Positions 39,394 through 52,692 of a stretch of DNA of 64,000 bases are shown here, in pieces (the stretch's first letter is position 1; every line of letters begins with the position of its first letter). The translations under genes were made by a program, and so were the position numbers. The notes beneath the pieces are model-generated. The model searched no databases and was not told where the DNA came from. It was given only the letters and a program-made list of their open reading frames with translations. This DNA comes from Trichodelitschia bisporula (Eukaryota): NCBI GenBank assembly GCA_010356995.1, contig ML996698.1, positions 493,923 to 557,922 on the forward strand, read 5' to 3'.

Positions 39394-40388
39394 ATGTCTC
39401 CTCGTCGATATCAATTCTTAGCCAGCCACAGGTGAGTTAGCCACAGCAACTCGTCGTAACATGTACTGACAACACAGCTTACCACCATGTTCGGAGATGG
39501 TCAGTATTGCCGAAGGGTACAAACCGCCCCTCGACCTGGCCGAATGGCCCATCACCGCTCTCGACGCGGGATCTGTCGGCCCATCGCCAAGTAGAAGCTG
39601 CTCGGCAAATGTCCATCATCCCAAGCATGTATACATTAGCCTTCTCTTCCGTCCCATCTCCGCCTGGTTCGCATCATAATTCCGTGTCAGACTTCGCGTC
39701 TCCGTCATCCACGTCAGTTCCTACGAAGTTTGCTCATTCACAGGCTTCCCGGGACTCTTCTCCACACTGGCAGGCACACTCGCCAGATGTGAACCTCACT
39801 CTCCCTCCTTCATTCGACTCCCCGGCCGTGGCCTCGCCTATAACCGCCTCCTCACCACGGACTGTGGTACATGTCCCAAAGCAAGGCCTGAAACACCGCA
39901 GTCCTTCCGCGTTTGACGAGGACTTCGGCCCGGGGATCAAGTCATTGAGGAAAGATAGGGAGCTTATCAAGAAATCAACGAGCGGGAGCGTTGAGCTGGG
40001 CAAACGCAGTTGATCGGAGAGATGGAGAAGATTTTGACAGGAAGGTTGGATCCCCGGGGAGGGGTGGAAACTCAGCGAACCCAATCGCAAGAATAGTAAC
40101 CTGACGGTTACTAAAAGGAATACGATGGGCGAGTTCATTGGGCGGTACAGGCGGTACAGGCTTTACAACACTAGATACAGGAACATGCTTTCGCAACATA
40201 CGGTCTCAAGATGGAGACTCGTAGTTGCGTTGGCAGTGGGAAAGAGACGGGCCGAGAAGGCCGAGGCGGAGACACAAAAATTGCAGCAGAAGATTAAGGT
40301 GTTGATACAAGAGAAGGGGACATTGATGGAGGCGAGTATGGCATTGACGAAGGAGATCGAGGTACCAAAGGCTGGGGCTATGGCATGA
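39394..40388 (+). pseudogene. Probable decayed gene with bHLH/coiled-coil-like C-terminus
   Basis: Good start context accATG and a canonical first intron (39432-39477). A Ser/Pro-rich ORF follows, then INERER*AGQTQLIGEMEKIL in a shifted frame, then a return to frame with LTVTKRNTM and a coiled coil. Confidence 0.35.
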
Positions 40389-42757
40389 GCAACGTCGATC
40401 TACCTTACAAGCAGCGGACAACATTTTTCAGTTTTGCCTTTCAGCATCCGACAACGACCTTACCATGTCATCTCACTACGAGTTCCCTTGGACCAACGAG
40501 CAACAAAGAACAACACGAACGGCCTTTCCGGTATCTTTCCTATCATGCCATCCCCCTATTTCCATTCACGATGAGTGCACGCAACCTGGCGTCGCTCATC
40601 GGGCATCATCTTTCAGCTTCCACCGTCTTTTCCTTCCTCGTCTCGGCTTCCAGCATGGCATCGTGCGGCGTGGTACGCGCGGACGTGGGCGGCCGGTTTT
40701 GTTTTCGGTGCACAGGCAATGGCAGGAGCAACATGGTAATTCAAAAGTGTAATGTAGTCTGGTGTATCTGGCATATCGTCCCTCGCTGCAGATGTCCTTT
40801 CCTTCCTCGGGTCTATGCGAGAGGCCAAGTGCGCGCCTGCATATTGCATTCCGGCGATGGATGACCCATGGTCTTCATCCCCGAGCAATCGGGTTGATGC
40901 CGTGCATACGAGCAGTCTGCTGGTCGCCATTCGCGGTCGCTTCATCGTCGTGCATGTGGTAGGTGGGGGCGCTAGCGGCTAACGCCGGTGGTTGTGGGCT
41001 GTCACTTTATTTCAACGCCTGCGATCCGATGGCACGCCCGCGATTGCCGCCTCGTGGGGTTGAGGACGATGCGGTGGTAAGGCGGCTAGGGCTGGGCTCG
41101 ATGGGCTGCTGCAGGGGGCTTTTTTCTGGGTGGGGAGGTGGGAAGGTGTGGTCAGCGCCGCGGCGATGAGATGTTGGGTGTGGGGACGGCTGGGGGGAGT
41201 GCGTGAGGGAATATGGGGATTGTTCTTGAGTTGGTTTGATGCTTGTGGACACCGAAGTCTTCGATCGGTTTGCTTGATGAGGAATTCGCACAAGTGAACC
41301 CATTATCATTTCTCGAAAGGGAATATCAACTCGGAGCATATGTGAATTGAATGCTTCTGATTGGTCTGGGACTCGATATGCGCGCGATTGAAGTTGGTTA
41401 CTTCCCACGCTGGCCTGTGAAGAGCTGATCACTAAACAAGAGAGGCGTTCAGAGGTATCAACTTTCGACGCACTACAGCTGGATCGTGAACGCCATCATA
41501 ACGGAAAGGCGACAGGGTGCTCCGTGCTGTGATATGGTCTCCCGCCAGCTAAGTCATATGTGCATAGGCGAGCGCTTGCGGATGTGAGCGTTTGCGCGAA
41601 AGCGATCCACGATCTGCCATCTGAAACCTGCGATGATGCTGTAATTGGTCTCTACATGATGTTCTGTTCGTGCCCATAGCTTCATGGCCGTTAGGAGTGG
41701 AGAGGTATTCTTCGAACAGTTGACGTGTAGTTGACGTGTAGTTGACGTAGTTAACGTGACCAGCGACGCCACTTGGATAAATCATCGCAACATCATAAAG
41801 ATGCTCCACACTCCGCTTCATCCATAGCACGACGAAACATTCACAAGCGAAGTATATGCAGAGCCTCAAACCTCATAATGACCTGTCACGATGCACAGTG
41901 ACGCCATCTTCGCCACTGATGATGACAAGGACAAGGCTGTTGGATGGTTGATCGGACGTCGTGGCGACATGATCGTAGATCGGGCTTGACCAATGGCGGG
42001 CGCGAGGGGGAGCCACGAAAATGTGCCGGCTCCGGCTTTTCGGGCCTTTTTGGCTTTGAGTGATTGGAGCCGGGGTCGGGCGGGATGGGGATGCCGTCGG
42101 CTGTTGGATTCGGCCGGGTTCCTCGGCTTTACGGTGAGAGGGGAAGCGAGAGGAGGTGAAGAGGAGGAGGGGGATGATGGGGGGTGAAAGGAGTGGAGGA
42201 CACTCACACCGACTTTATCCTCTCGGCGAAAAGCATCAGCGGAATGCAGGACAAAGCGGGCGGTCAAGAAAGATTCGCCGGCATTGCATCAAGTCACAGG
42301 AGATGTGCAGCTGCCAAGCCCGTTAGCCACGGGGCTCGGCCACTCACTGTCAGGTCCGAAGTCACAAGTGTGGCGGCAAATAGGCAGGGAAAGCGGGAGA
42401 AGAGAAAGAAAAAGCAAAAGGGACCAGCGGCCGACAGCGCCTCGTTGCAAAAAAAAGGCCGCTAACCAAAACTCAAAGTCCATCCCACGCTTGTGATTCT
42501 CCGACATCCACAAACCTCCACTCCTATTTTCTCATCCACACTCCCTCATCTTCTCCCCACACTCATCAATCCGCTACACCTCTATCTCTAACGTCTGAAT
42601 TGGAGTTCGACTGCCGTCGTTAACTATCGTCGTCTGCGTTCTTCCCTCCTTTGCAAGGGACTGCCACACAGCGACCGCAGCCCTCGGCTTCGCGCCCTGC
42701 GCCTAACCCTCTGAACCGATAAGCCCCGCCACCCCACTCTCAACCACCACCCGCACA

Positions 42758-43372
42758 ATGAAAGTCTTCAAGACGAGCGCCGAGTTCGACTACTCATGGG
42801 AGGAGGTGTCGACGGCCAACTGGCAAAAGTACTCGCCATGGAACAAGATGACGCCGCACGTCATCGGCGTAGACACCATCTCGCGGCACGTCGACGCCGC
42901 AACCGGCATCGTGAGTCCCGCGTCGAATCTCGTACGCGACCTGTTCTAACCGCAGCAGCTCCGCACTGAACGCCTCATCACATGCCGCCAGTCCGCGCCG
43001 CGCTGGATCCTCGCACTGCTCGGTGGGGATGACACGAGTCTGGTGTACGAGACGAGCTACGTCAATCCTGCGACACGCACCCTGACCATGGTCTCGCACA
43101 ACGTCACCTTGAACAACGTGCTCTCGGTCCGTGAAACGGTCACCTATTCGCCGTCAAGTCGCTCGCCTCGCGCCGCTACGCATTTTGAGCAGAAAGCTGA
43201 GATCACGGCGTTGTGTGGCGGGTGGCAGAAGGTCAAGAACAACATTGAGCAGTTTACTGTCGAGCGCTTCCGGGAGAATGCGCTTAAGGGCAAGGAGGGG
43301 TTTGAGATGGTCCTCGCCCGTGCCCGAGAGGTGTTTGCTCAGGAGCGCGAAAGACAGGTGATGAAGATGTGA
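42758..43372 (+). CDS. UPS2: PRELI/MSF1 mitochondrial intermembrane lipid-transfer protein, 2 exons
   Basis: FDYSWEEVSTANWQKY..HVIGVDTISR..GI / LRTERLITCRQSAPRW..VYETSYVNP..VRETVTY..FRENALKGKEGFE. Confidence 0.9.
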
Positions 43373-44033
43373 GGAGGGGGCTGTGTTTGTGCTGCGGTTG
43401 CATGCGTGTGGTATGGTGCATCACTGGCGTTTTTAGCGGGCTTCTTTTCCCCTCCACCGTCAAGACGGCGGGTGCGAATACACCATAGAGCTTAAAAGTT
43501 ACGGAGTCATGGGCATGAGCGGGCGGGTTCTGTTTTACTTTGGTATGGGCGTTCAGACGACGATGATAGGATCTCTGCTTTTCTTTCTGCTCGCCGGAAT
43601 GGCTGGAGCGGCGGTGGGGGTACATCCCGATAGACTTGTGCGCTTTCTGAAGCCGTTTGCTCTCCTATTTGGGGGTGATGGCGTCGTTGTAGAATATGCA
43701 ATGACATCTGCTGTCCGATCTATGCACGTGAGGCGTGAACGTGCTTTCCATGTGTCGGCGGTTGTAGGTCCCTCGTTTTCCCTAGGAAGCGTGCTAACGG
43801 TGTTCAGGCTCGAGGACTACGTAGTATGCTATGTGTGTGGTATTCGTACATGTGCACTACACGGTCTTGATTATACAGCGTATCCTACAATCGTCCCTCT
43901 GCCAAATCATTAAACTCCTACACTTCCCTCTCGCTCAAGACCAATACATCCATCCGTCATATCCTACATTCACTCCAAGCGTCTGCCTCCCAAATCATGC
44001 AATCCCCACACTTCTCCCAATACACCTCACCAA

Positions 44034-46994
44034 CTACCCATTCCCAAGAAAAAACTCCAACCCCCCCTCCTCCCCACCCAAACTCTCCAAAAACCCCATC
44101 CCCTCATACCAATCCCCCCTCCCACCCTCCCCACCTCGTCCCGACGCCGTGGCCTCAAGCCCGCCTTCCCCTCCCCCACCCGCAACCTCGGGCAACGAAC
44201 AAAACACCGGACTCACCGGCGTCAACGTACTCGGAAACCGTCCGGGCCCACTACTCCCCCCCGCCGAGTACGGCCCCCCATATCCCTGACCCCCCTCATC
44301 CCGCACCTCAAACCCGCCACTCTGACTCCCAGGACTCATCTGCACCCTCCCCGGCCCAAGGAGCGGCGTATGCGGCGACCCCTCCGTCCTCCGCCGTTTC
44401 CGTGGATTCGCAGCCCCAAGATGCGGCGGCAGGAAGTATCCCCCTTGTCCCCCTTGGGGCGTCGGATGTGCTAGCACCGGCGTGTGCAGCACAGCCGGAC
44501 TCCCCGGGTGCGGACTCCCCGCCTCCCACCCCTCCCCACCAGCCACGGGCCCAGACATAAACGGCAAGTAAGCGCCATCGAGTCCCCGCCCTGGATACCG
44601 GTCGAAGAAGTCGTCCTGTGCGAGGGCCGAGCCGGCGCTGCCGCGGTACGCGGGACTAGCGCTGCCGTACGGATATTCGGGGGGCGGGTACGAGGTCGGT
44701 CCGTGCGGCCCGCCCGGTCCGGTTCCTGACCCGGCCGTGCTACTTGTCGGAGAGGCGGATGTGAGTACGCTGACGTGTGCGGCGTACACGGCTTTGAGGA
44801 GTGCTGCGTGATGGGCTGCACATGCCCAGGCGCGGGATGCGGTGGCGAGGGCGCGCATTTCCCGGGCTAAGGCTTCGGCGGCGGTTGTGGGGGAGAATAG
44901 ATCGGCCGTGCTGGCGTCTAGCCTGTAGTGTGCGGCGTGGACGTGGATTGTGCCTGCTGTCGCCAAAGCGAACGATGCAAATGCTGGGATAGGGGCGGGT
45001 GGCCCCGCTGCCGGGCAGAGATGTGGTGCGAGGTCGGCGAGCAGGTTCGCGTGCCGGATGCACTCTGCCGTTGCGGCGATTTGCCATTGGTGGTGGGAGG
45101 TGGAGCGTAGTAGGGCGAGGTCGAGGGGGAGGAAGGGGCGGTAGATGAGAGCGTGGACGGTGTGAAAGGTCGCTTTGGCCAGGAGGAGGGTAGCATGAGT
45201 TTTTGAGCCGGGCGTGTGCGCGGGCAGGGCGGAGAGGGCTTCTGCGGTTGCGGCGTCCCAGAGGTCGAGGTCGCGCCGTATTTTGGAGAGGGTCGATTGC
45301 GCGTGCCACGGGAAGCGCGCGTCGCCTTTTACGCCCCCGGCCGCGAGGTACCGCGTTGCGAAGCCGAGGATGCGTACAATGCCGATTAGCATACCTGCTG
45401 CGTCCCGCAGGTGTTCGGAGGCTGCACCGCCGGGGACCGGGTGCAGGCCTGCGCCGTTGGCGAAGAAGTCGCCTTCGCCCTGCGGGGGGTGGTCGGGCGA
45501 GGAGACGGCGGGCAGGCGCAGTGCGATAGCGTCGTCGGGCACGAGGTGGGGCCGTTTGCTGCCCGTCGCGCTGAAGCGGTCGAGCAGGTAGACGGCCCAG
45601 AAGAGGCGTCGCCTTCCTTCGCGCTCGGGGGGTGGGATCCGGGGGTCCGGGGGGAGTTCGCGATGGAGGGAGAGGGCGTGGGACATTGTTGTTGCGAAGG
45701 CTGATTTGGGAGTTAGTTGAGGGGGGCTGGGGAATGGGGGTGGCTTACAGAGATACATGTACGCCTGCTTCCCACGGCCGGTTTGGAAGCTCGCTTGCGC
45801 GAGGAGCAGGAGCGTTTGCAGGCCCTCGATGCTCGGCTCGTCGACGTCGAGCTCCAGCCGTGCGCGTCGTCCGTACTCGATGCCTGCTTGCACGGCTGTG
45901 TCATAGGCGGCGTAGTACTGCGGTGCGTATCTAGGGATGTCAGCCTCGTGATCTCGTCTCTCGTCTCTCCCTTCACAGCCTCCTCCTCCTCCCACGCCTG
46001 CTAAGAAAAAAAAGGCACACAAAAACGCACCTCGCACTAACGGCAAAAATCGCAAACGCCAAATGGCCCGGTAACTGGCTCGTCTGCAGGCGCTGGCGCG
46101 TGCTCGCCTCGTCGAGGATGAAGTACGGCCGGCCGTGGAGACAGGCGAAATACGCGTCGAGCAGGGCCTCGAGATAAGGCGCTTGCGGCGTGCTCATGGC
46201 GTCGGCGGTCGTGAGCGGCGGGAGGAGGTGCGTGTCGTACGGTGAGGTCGCCTCGATGCTCTCGAGGGCTTGGATTCCGTTCGTCGGGCGATCGTGCTGC
46301 TGGTGGTGCTGGGCCTGGTGATGACTTTGCTGCGGCTGAACATGCTGGCTCTGCTGATGGTGCTGCTGGCCCTGGATTTGGTGATGATTCGGACCCGGTT
46401 GATGGTGTTGCTGCTGCTGCTGTTGATGGTGCTGGGGCATGGCGTTCATGGCGTTCAGGGCGCCGAGCAGCGGCTTCGTCTCCTCGAGGCCGGCCATGAC
46501 GGGCGTGCCCTCGCCCTCGTCGGTGAGAAAGGCGGCTACGTCGGCTGGCGAGCTGGATTTCTCCTCGTGCAGCTGCTTCTCCAGGAAGTCGACGCGTTTG
46601 ACCAGCGCTTCGAGGGCGTCGGTTTTGGGACCGCGCTTCTTGGGCACGGCATCTTGCGCGCGTAAGTTAAGGGGGTTAATTGGGGAGGTTGGGACAAACC
46701 GTAGATGCAGTCGCAGGCGAAGAGCTTGCATGAGTCGCATGCTGGGAGTAGGCGGTTGCATTTGATCTGCGCCGCTGGTCAGTCTGTGATCTTCGTTTCG
46801 TCTTCGTCTTCGTCTTCCGTCTTTTTCATTTCTCCTCGTCTTCGCCATCTTCGCCCCCATCTTCGCCAAGTCACGCTCATTTGACGACTTGCCTTCCTCT
46901 TTCTGCAGCTCTTGCAGTTCATCACCTCGCGCGGCTCATTGCTCAGATGCCGTGCCGGCAACCGATCGATTCCGATCTGCGGCCGCGACGCCAT
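44034..46994 (-). CDS. Zn(II)2Cys6 transcription factor with fungal-specific TF domain, 5 or more exons
   Basis: Spliced cluster CKSCRKRK / [22 protein letters not shown] / [12 protein letters not shown]-rich linker, [31 protein letters not shown]. First intron is GC-AG (46892-46767). Confidence 0.92.
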
Positions 46995-47461
46995 GCCGCC
47001 CTCCGTCGTCCCGTTCGCCGAGTGGACGAAGAGGCCTCCTGGCGGGCTAGGGAAGGGGGTGGGGAGGTGGGGGCTGTGCAGTTTGGGAAGGGAGGGAAGG
47101 AAGGATGGAGGGGGGGCAGTGGTGTCCAGTGGGACTGAGGGAAGGGACGAGGGAGGGGTGGATGCGGTACGGGGAGGCGCAGCAAGAGGCGATCTAGCGG
47201 CCGAGAGAATTGACGATCCGATTCCCAAGCGTGGGTGGAGCAGTGCCAGCCGAGACACTTGTGTCGTAACACGCGATCCGATCTGCGGTTCGCACGACTC
47301 AATTGGGACAAAGGCAGGCGTTAGGCGATGCTCGGTTGGCGGGGGCCGGATACGGATGAGAAGTGGCGATGGGTGGGTGAGAATGGTGATGGTGTTGGCA
47401 CTGGCAATGGCGTGGATGGGAATGGGATGGATCAGCCGGGTCAGGGAGTGGGGAGCGTCAC

Positions 47462-47681
47462 NNNNNNNNNNNNNNNNNNNNNNNNNNNNNNNNNNNNNNN
47501 NNNNNNNNNNNNNNNNNNNNNNNNNNNNNNNNNNNNNNNNNNNNNNNNNNNNNNNNNNNNNNNNNNNNNNNNNNNNNNNNNNNNNNNNNNNNNNNNNNNN
47601 NNNNNNNNNNNNNNNNNNNNNNNNNNNNNNNNNNNNNNNNNNNNNNNNNNNNNNNNNNNNNNNNNNNNNNNNNNNNNNNNN
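47462..47681. other. Assembly gap (220 N)
   Basis: Run of N flanked by G-rich low-complexity sequence. Confidence 1.
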
Positions 47682-50376
47682 GGATTGGAGGGTAGGGGGG
47701 GAAAGAGCGTTGGTCGAATGTCGTGAGTAGCCGAACAGACGGGCATTGACCATCAACACTGACACCGACAGCCTGCCTTCCCCTCACGTCCATCCCGCGC
47801 GCCGGGCCCTTTGATAGGCGACCATACCCGCCCTCGTTCGGGTAAGCTTCTAAGCCCAGTGAACCCGTCGGCCTTGCGCCCTTCGCTTTCGCAGCACCGC
47901 TCCGCTCTGGGACTGCCTTGTGCGTCCGCCGGTTTCTCAACTCTCTCGCTGTCGGCCGAGTAAAAATAGCATATAAAGAAGTGCGCCCGCGCCCGCCAGC
48001 ACCGTGTAGATGGCGCGCACGGCCCGCGGCTCGTCTGCCTCGTACGCGGCGGCTGGTGTGGGAAGGGGAAGGGGTGTATAACGTGGCGCACGGTCGGCGG
48101 GCCAGGGGTGGGAGCGGGCATGGGAAGGGACGTCGAGTCAGGTACGTAGAGCGGGGGGGAGGGGGAGGCGGATGGAGGTGCATCGCGCGCCGCTGCTAAC
48201 GGTTGCGATACCTTGCATTCTACTACCTCATCGCCATCTCGAGCCCGATGCTGCCCGCTCCTCCTCGTCCATATCAAGATCCTCATCCCCCTCTTACCGA
48301 ACAACCAGCCCACCCCTCCCTCTCCCTCTCCCATTATTCACCAAGTCAATAAACACCCACGGAGCGCTGTCCCCCGGGCCCAAACCAGCCTAGCCCGCAC
48401 CTCAAAATAGGTTCAGTCCAGGCAGGCATTCTAGAATACAGCCCTGAGCGCAGAGCACCCCCCATATGCCCGCCCGCCAACATCCAGTCGCAATATACCC
48501 ACCCGCGGTTGTGCTGTGGGTCGCACGCAACGCTACGCGCACCTGAGACATGCGCGAGGTGATGTTTGACACGCGCTGGCCCCTGGCATTGATGGGTTTG
48601 GCAGCGGGCGTGCAGCACTCACTGCCTCGCGTGGTGAGCTGCAGTTGCAACTGCAGACGGCCGTTGCCCGTCGTCTACCCGCTCGCTTGCTGTCAATCGG
48701 GGTGCAGAACGAATCCCGCGCGTAACCAATCGCAGACCACCGCGCCCATCGGGCCGAGGCTGACGTCCTGCACGTGGCCGCCACGGCGCAGCCCCGCGCC
48801 CCACCAACCGCTCCCGGCGGGAGTGGCGCGTGGCGCAAGGCGCAAGGCGGAGAAGTAACGACGGGGGACTTGCAGCAGCAGCGTAACGAGTTTGAGCATT
48901 GGAGTCGATTAAGGACAACGACGGGTAAAACTGCAAAGCCATAACCCACGCGGGAGCATATAAACATTCTGCCCCTCCCTCACCCCCCGTAATCAGCGAC
49001 CCGTTTCCCGCACCCCCGTCTCGCATCCGCAGTGTGAAACTGAGACGCGCGTGGCTGCGATCTGACGTCTTCTAGAAAAGCCAAAAAGTTTAATCGCATC
49101 CGAAGCGGCGCGGCGAACGCTCGACGCCCGCCAAAAAGGCCTCGAACCTCACGATCCACTCTCTTCATGAGCAGCCCTACTCGATCTCCCCGCCCCCTCG
49201 CACCCGCCGCAAATAAAGCTCCTCATTCACCTCGGCGCCTCCTCATCCCAAAAATAGATAGACTTTGCGCTAGCTTGATCGCTACTCTTGAGAATTCAGG
49301 GCTGAAGAAATATGCACCCTCTTCTCCCGCTCTTCTGGGTGCGAGACAAGGCAGCGATTTACGTTCCATGTCCCACCCTATCCCCCGCCGATCTCTTTGC
49401 ACCCCAATCTCGCCCACCGCCATGACGGCGCGCCCGCTCAACCGGCGTCAATGCGGGATGCCGCCACAAGAGTCGCATGGGCGGCCTTACCGCATCGGGC
49501 GCGGGGGACGGTCTCCCGTTTGTCAGTCTCCCCAACGACGATTGATAGCAAACGAAATCACGCTCGACTGAATCGGTTCTCGCCGTTTGGGCCCGGAGAT
49601 GTGCATTTCCCACGGGGCGACTGCATAGGGAGAAGGGGGCGTAGGGCTTGCGCATGATAGCATTGTTGAGAGGAGTAGTTTGCGCCCGGTGGAACGAAGT
49701 GGAACGGGAGGCTATTTTAGGGGTATAGCGGGAGGGCGTATAGCTATGGCGAACAGTAGGCTGGAGCGGTGTGGAACGAGAAGGAGGAAAAGAGGGGGGT
49801 AGAAGTAGACTCGCACGCTTCGTTGCGCTGCGCTTCGTAGTTCCCCCTCCGCCGGCCTGCGGGCTCGCGAGCGTACCCGCTTCGCGTCGCCCAGTATGCT
49901 GGCCCCTCACCGTACGGCCCGATTCTCTTCTTCCGGCATGGCGATCCCCCGTACAGCTCGTATTCCACCCCGCCTGACATCCGGTAGTCTGGCATGCGAC
50001 ACAAGCGCCATCCTTCGCAGCCCCTCAACCGACGACCAGATTCATGCTTGCGCCCGCCAACCGGGAACCCGTCGACCGGGCGGCGGGTCATGACGACTAC
50101 AGACGGACGGACGGACACGCGCTGTCGCACCGGCGGTAAATCCGAGATCCTTGGTGCACCACACAAGACTCATGACGACATACGACACACAACGTACACG
50201 AACACACTGACGACGCGCGCGAGCGCCAGTGCAAAGCAACAGAAATAGACATGACGAACTGGATATTAGAGACGCCAAAAGCAGGCCGCACGACGCTTGC
50301 TCTACAACCATGACCAGGATATCACCACCGGTCATCACCGGATATCATCACGGCATGTCACCCATTCCGACCACCT

Positions 50377-52692
50377 CTAAAACCCCCCTCTCCTCCTTCC
50401 ACCCCCACCAGCCAACCTGACAAAATCATACGGCACATTCTGCCCCACAAGCAGCCTCAACGTCTCCACCGTCGTCCAAGCATCCACCTCCTCCGCATCA
50501 ACCCCGCGCCACCCCCACCCCACCGCCCGGGACACCAACCCTCCCTTTCCACCAAGATCAACGAAAACCCCCCCAGAACCACTACCCCCAGCCCCCCTCA
50601 GCACCCCCTCCACAAACGCCCGCTCTCCGTTCCCAACACCTGCACAGCAAACCACCGCCCCCACGCCGCCCGGCACACTCACATCCTCAACCCCCCTCAC
50701 CCCCCTAACCGCCGCCCCCACCCCACCAACAACCCCCTCAAACCCGTACACAAAAAGAGGTCCCGCGCCCAACTGCGCAAGCGCAAACAGCGCCGCACCC
50801 GCCGCACCGGTACTACCCCCAACCACCACCGCCGCGCGGCCAGAAAACGCGCTCGGTACGGACCCCGCAACAAGCGCCCCGCGCACACCTTTCCACGCCG
50901 CATTATCCGCCACACACACCCCGTCCCGCCCACCAGCGATAAGCGTATCTACCAGACCAATTGCACGGGCCGCGGGCGTCGGTTCCGCGGCGACACCCGC
51001 ACATGGTGCAGGGGGCGCGAGGACGGCGCCGCCGAAATCGGGAGCCGCGAGGAGGGCAGCTAGAGCTGCGGGACCGCGCGCGTCGAGCTGCGTGAATGCA
51101 TGCGGGAGGCTGAGCTCGTTGAAACACTGCTCATAGAAGGGAGCTTGGGCGCCGAGGCCGAGGCCGAAGAACGAAAGGCGCGGAAGAGCACCCATGGTGT
51201 GCAGCGCCGCATTAATCTCCGCGGCCGACAACTGCCCCGGGGCGGCGATCATAGGGAGGAGGGGATGGGTTATCGGGGTGAAGATTTTGTTGAGCGAACG
51301 GGAGAGTTGGCCCACTGGGCCCATGTTGAGGCCCGAGAAGGGCGGCGAGGGAGACGAGGCGGCGAGGTGGGCGCGGAAGTGTTCGAGCGCCCAGTTTTCG
51401 TGCGGCGAGTCCACCAGTGCGATCATCTTGATGACGTCGCCGTAGACAGCGCCCTGGGTGAACAGTTCCATGGCGCGGGGCGCGGCCCACGTCCACGCGC
51501 GGCTGAAGTCGTGGAACGCAGAGATGATCTTGCTGTGCCCCTTTTCGGTAGCCAGCGCCGCGCGGATCGGTTCTGGAAGCCAGAGTTCTACGTCGATGTA
51601 CTCGCAGCCCCACTGAATAGCTTTGGACAGGTACGTGTAGAACAGGCCCGGGTCGTGCATGGGGAAGCGCCCGTTTTCCGCCGTGCATCGTGTCGTGTAG
51701 ATAATAGGCAGCTCGGTACGCTGCCGCAGGAGCATTAGTTGCTCGCCTACGTATGCGAGGCTGGGCACCGGCGCGACGCTCCCGTCCGGCAGCGTCTCCT
51801 TAAGCAGATCCACCCGCAACTCCACGGCATCCGCGCCAACGGACAAGATCTCAAGATTTGGAAGCGCAGCATGAACATCCGGAAAGGTGGTGCTAATAAA
51901 CGTCGTCCTTGCCTTGCGCGCCAGCTGTCGATGCGGCCGCACCTGCCCGAGCACGAACGAGAGAAACCGTGCCAGATCCCGTCGATAAAACGGTGCGCTG
52001 GCGAATAGGTACTCGTAGTCGACTACCGAGCCGAGCCAGTCTGCCTCGTCCTCCTCGTCCACGCAGCGGAGCCGAATCAGCGTGCGACTTGCGCCTGAAC
52101 GTTTACGACTCTGAGTCCGCTGGGCCCAGTCTGAGGGCCGGCAGTCGGATGCGGCGAGCCCGGCGATGGTGCTGGGCGGTAGGGAATCAGCATCGGTGGT
52201 ACGCTCGATAGGTGCCCATGGCTGGCCGAGAACGTCGGCGACCAGGGGGAGAATGTGTCGTCGCCGGGCGGGGAAGATGATGAGTAGGGAGGGCTTTTCG
52301 GAGTTGAGAAGCGCAGGGATGGCGACGGGCCGCCGGCGGGGAGGGGTGGAGGAAGAAGATGTCGAAGGTGGGGAGGCGGAGGGATGACGGTGCGTGTGGT
52401 TGGTGGTCGAGGCGTAGGCTGGATAGATTCCCGTGTAGCCAGTGCTACTGCCATCGCCATTCCGCCCGTCCCAGTCCTCCGCACGGTGTGGTGAGACGGG
52501 TGGTGAGACGCCAGTGCTACGGCTCGTCGAACGCGATGTTATGGGACGGGCGGTATGGTTTGGTGAACGGGTTGCGTGTGTGGAGGATGGAGGAGTGGGG
52601 ATGGGTGAGGGGGAGTAGGAATGGGTTCGTGAGGGACCGGAAAGGAGGGTGCTAAGTGGGGGAAGGAGCGGGTGTGCTGGGTGTGGGAGCAT
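50377..52692 (-). CDS. AROM C-terminus-derived protein: type I 3-dehydroquinase domain plus degenerate shikimate kinase and dehydrogenase regions
   Basis: GADAVELRVDLL, LPIIYTTR..ENGRFP, EYIDVE, IISAFHDF, GDVIKM, NMGPVGQLSRSLN..TPITHPLLP..AAPGQLS. The dehydrogenase-like tail (DFGGA, ARAIGLVDTL, DNAAWKG) lacks catalytic motifs. Single 771-aa ORF; start uncertain. Confidence 0.88.
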   Translation of the reverse strand: MLPHPAHPLLPPLSTLLSGPSRTHSYSPSPIPTPPSSTHATRSPNHTARPITSRSTSRSTGVSPPVSPHRAEDWDGRNGDGSSTGYTGIYPAYASTTNHTHRHPSASPPSTSSSSTPPRRRPVAIPALLNSEKPSLLIIFPARRRHILPLVADVLGQPWAPIERTTDADSLPPSTIAGLAASDCRPSDWAQRTQSRKRSGASRTLIRLRCVDEEDEADWLGSVVDYEYLFASAPFYRRDLARFLSFVLGQVRPHRQLARKARTTFISTTFPDVHAALPNLEILSVGADAVELRVDLLKETLPDGSVAPVPSLAYVGEQLMLLRQRTELPIIYTTRCTAENGRFPMHDPGLFYTYLSKAIQWGCEYIDVELWLPEPIRAALATEKGHSKIISAFHDFSRAWTWAAPRAMELFTQGAVYGDVIKMIALVDSPHENWALEHFRAHLAASSPSPPFSGLNMGPVGQLSRSLNKIFTPITHPLLPMIAAPGQLSAAEINAALHTMGALPRLSFFGLGLGAQAPFYEQCFNELSLPHAFTQLDARGPAALAALLAAPDFGGAVLAPPAPCAGVAAEPTPAARAIGLVDTLIAGGRDGVCVADNAAWKGVRGALVAGSVPSAFSGRAAVVVGGSTGAAGAALFALAQLGAGPLFVYGFEGVVGGVGAAVRGVRGVEDVSVPGGVGAVVCCAGVGNGERAFVEGVLRGAGGSGSGGVFVDLGGKGGLVSRAVGWGWRGVDAEEVDAWTTVETLRLLVGQNVPYDFVRLAGGGGRRRGGF

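Noticed and set aside
46779..48183. ORFs spanning the N run
   Set aside because: Artefacts of the assembly gap.
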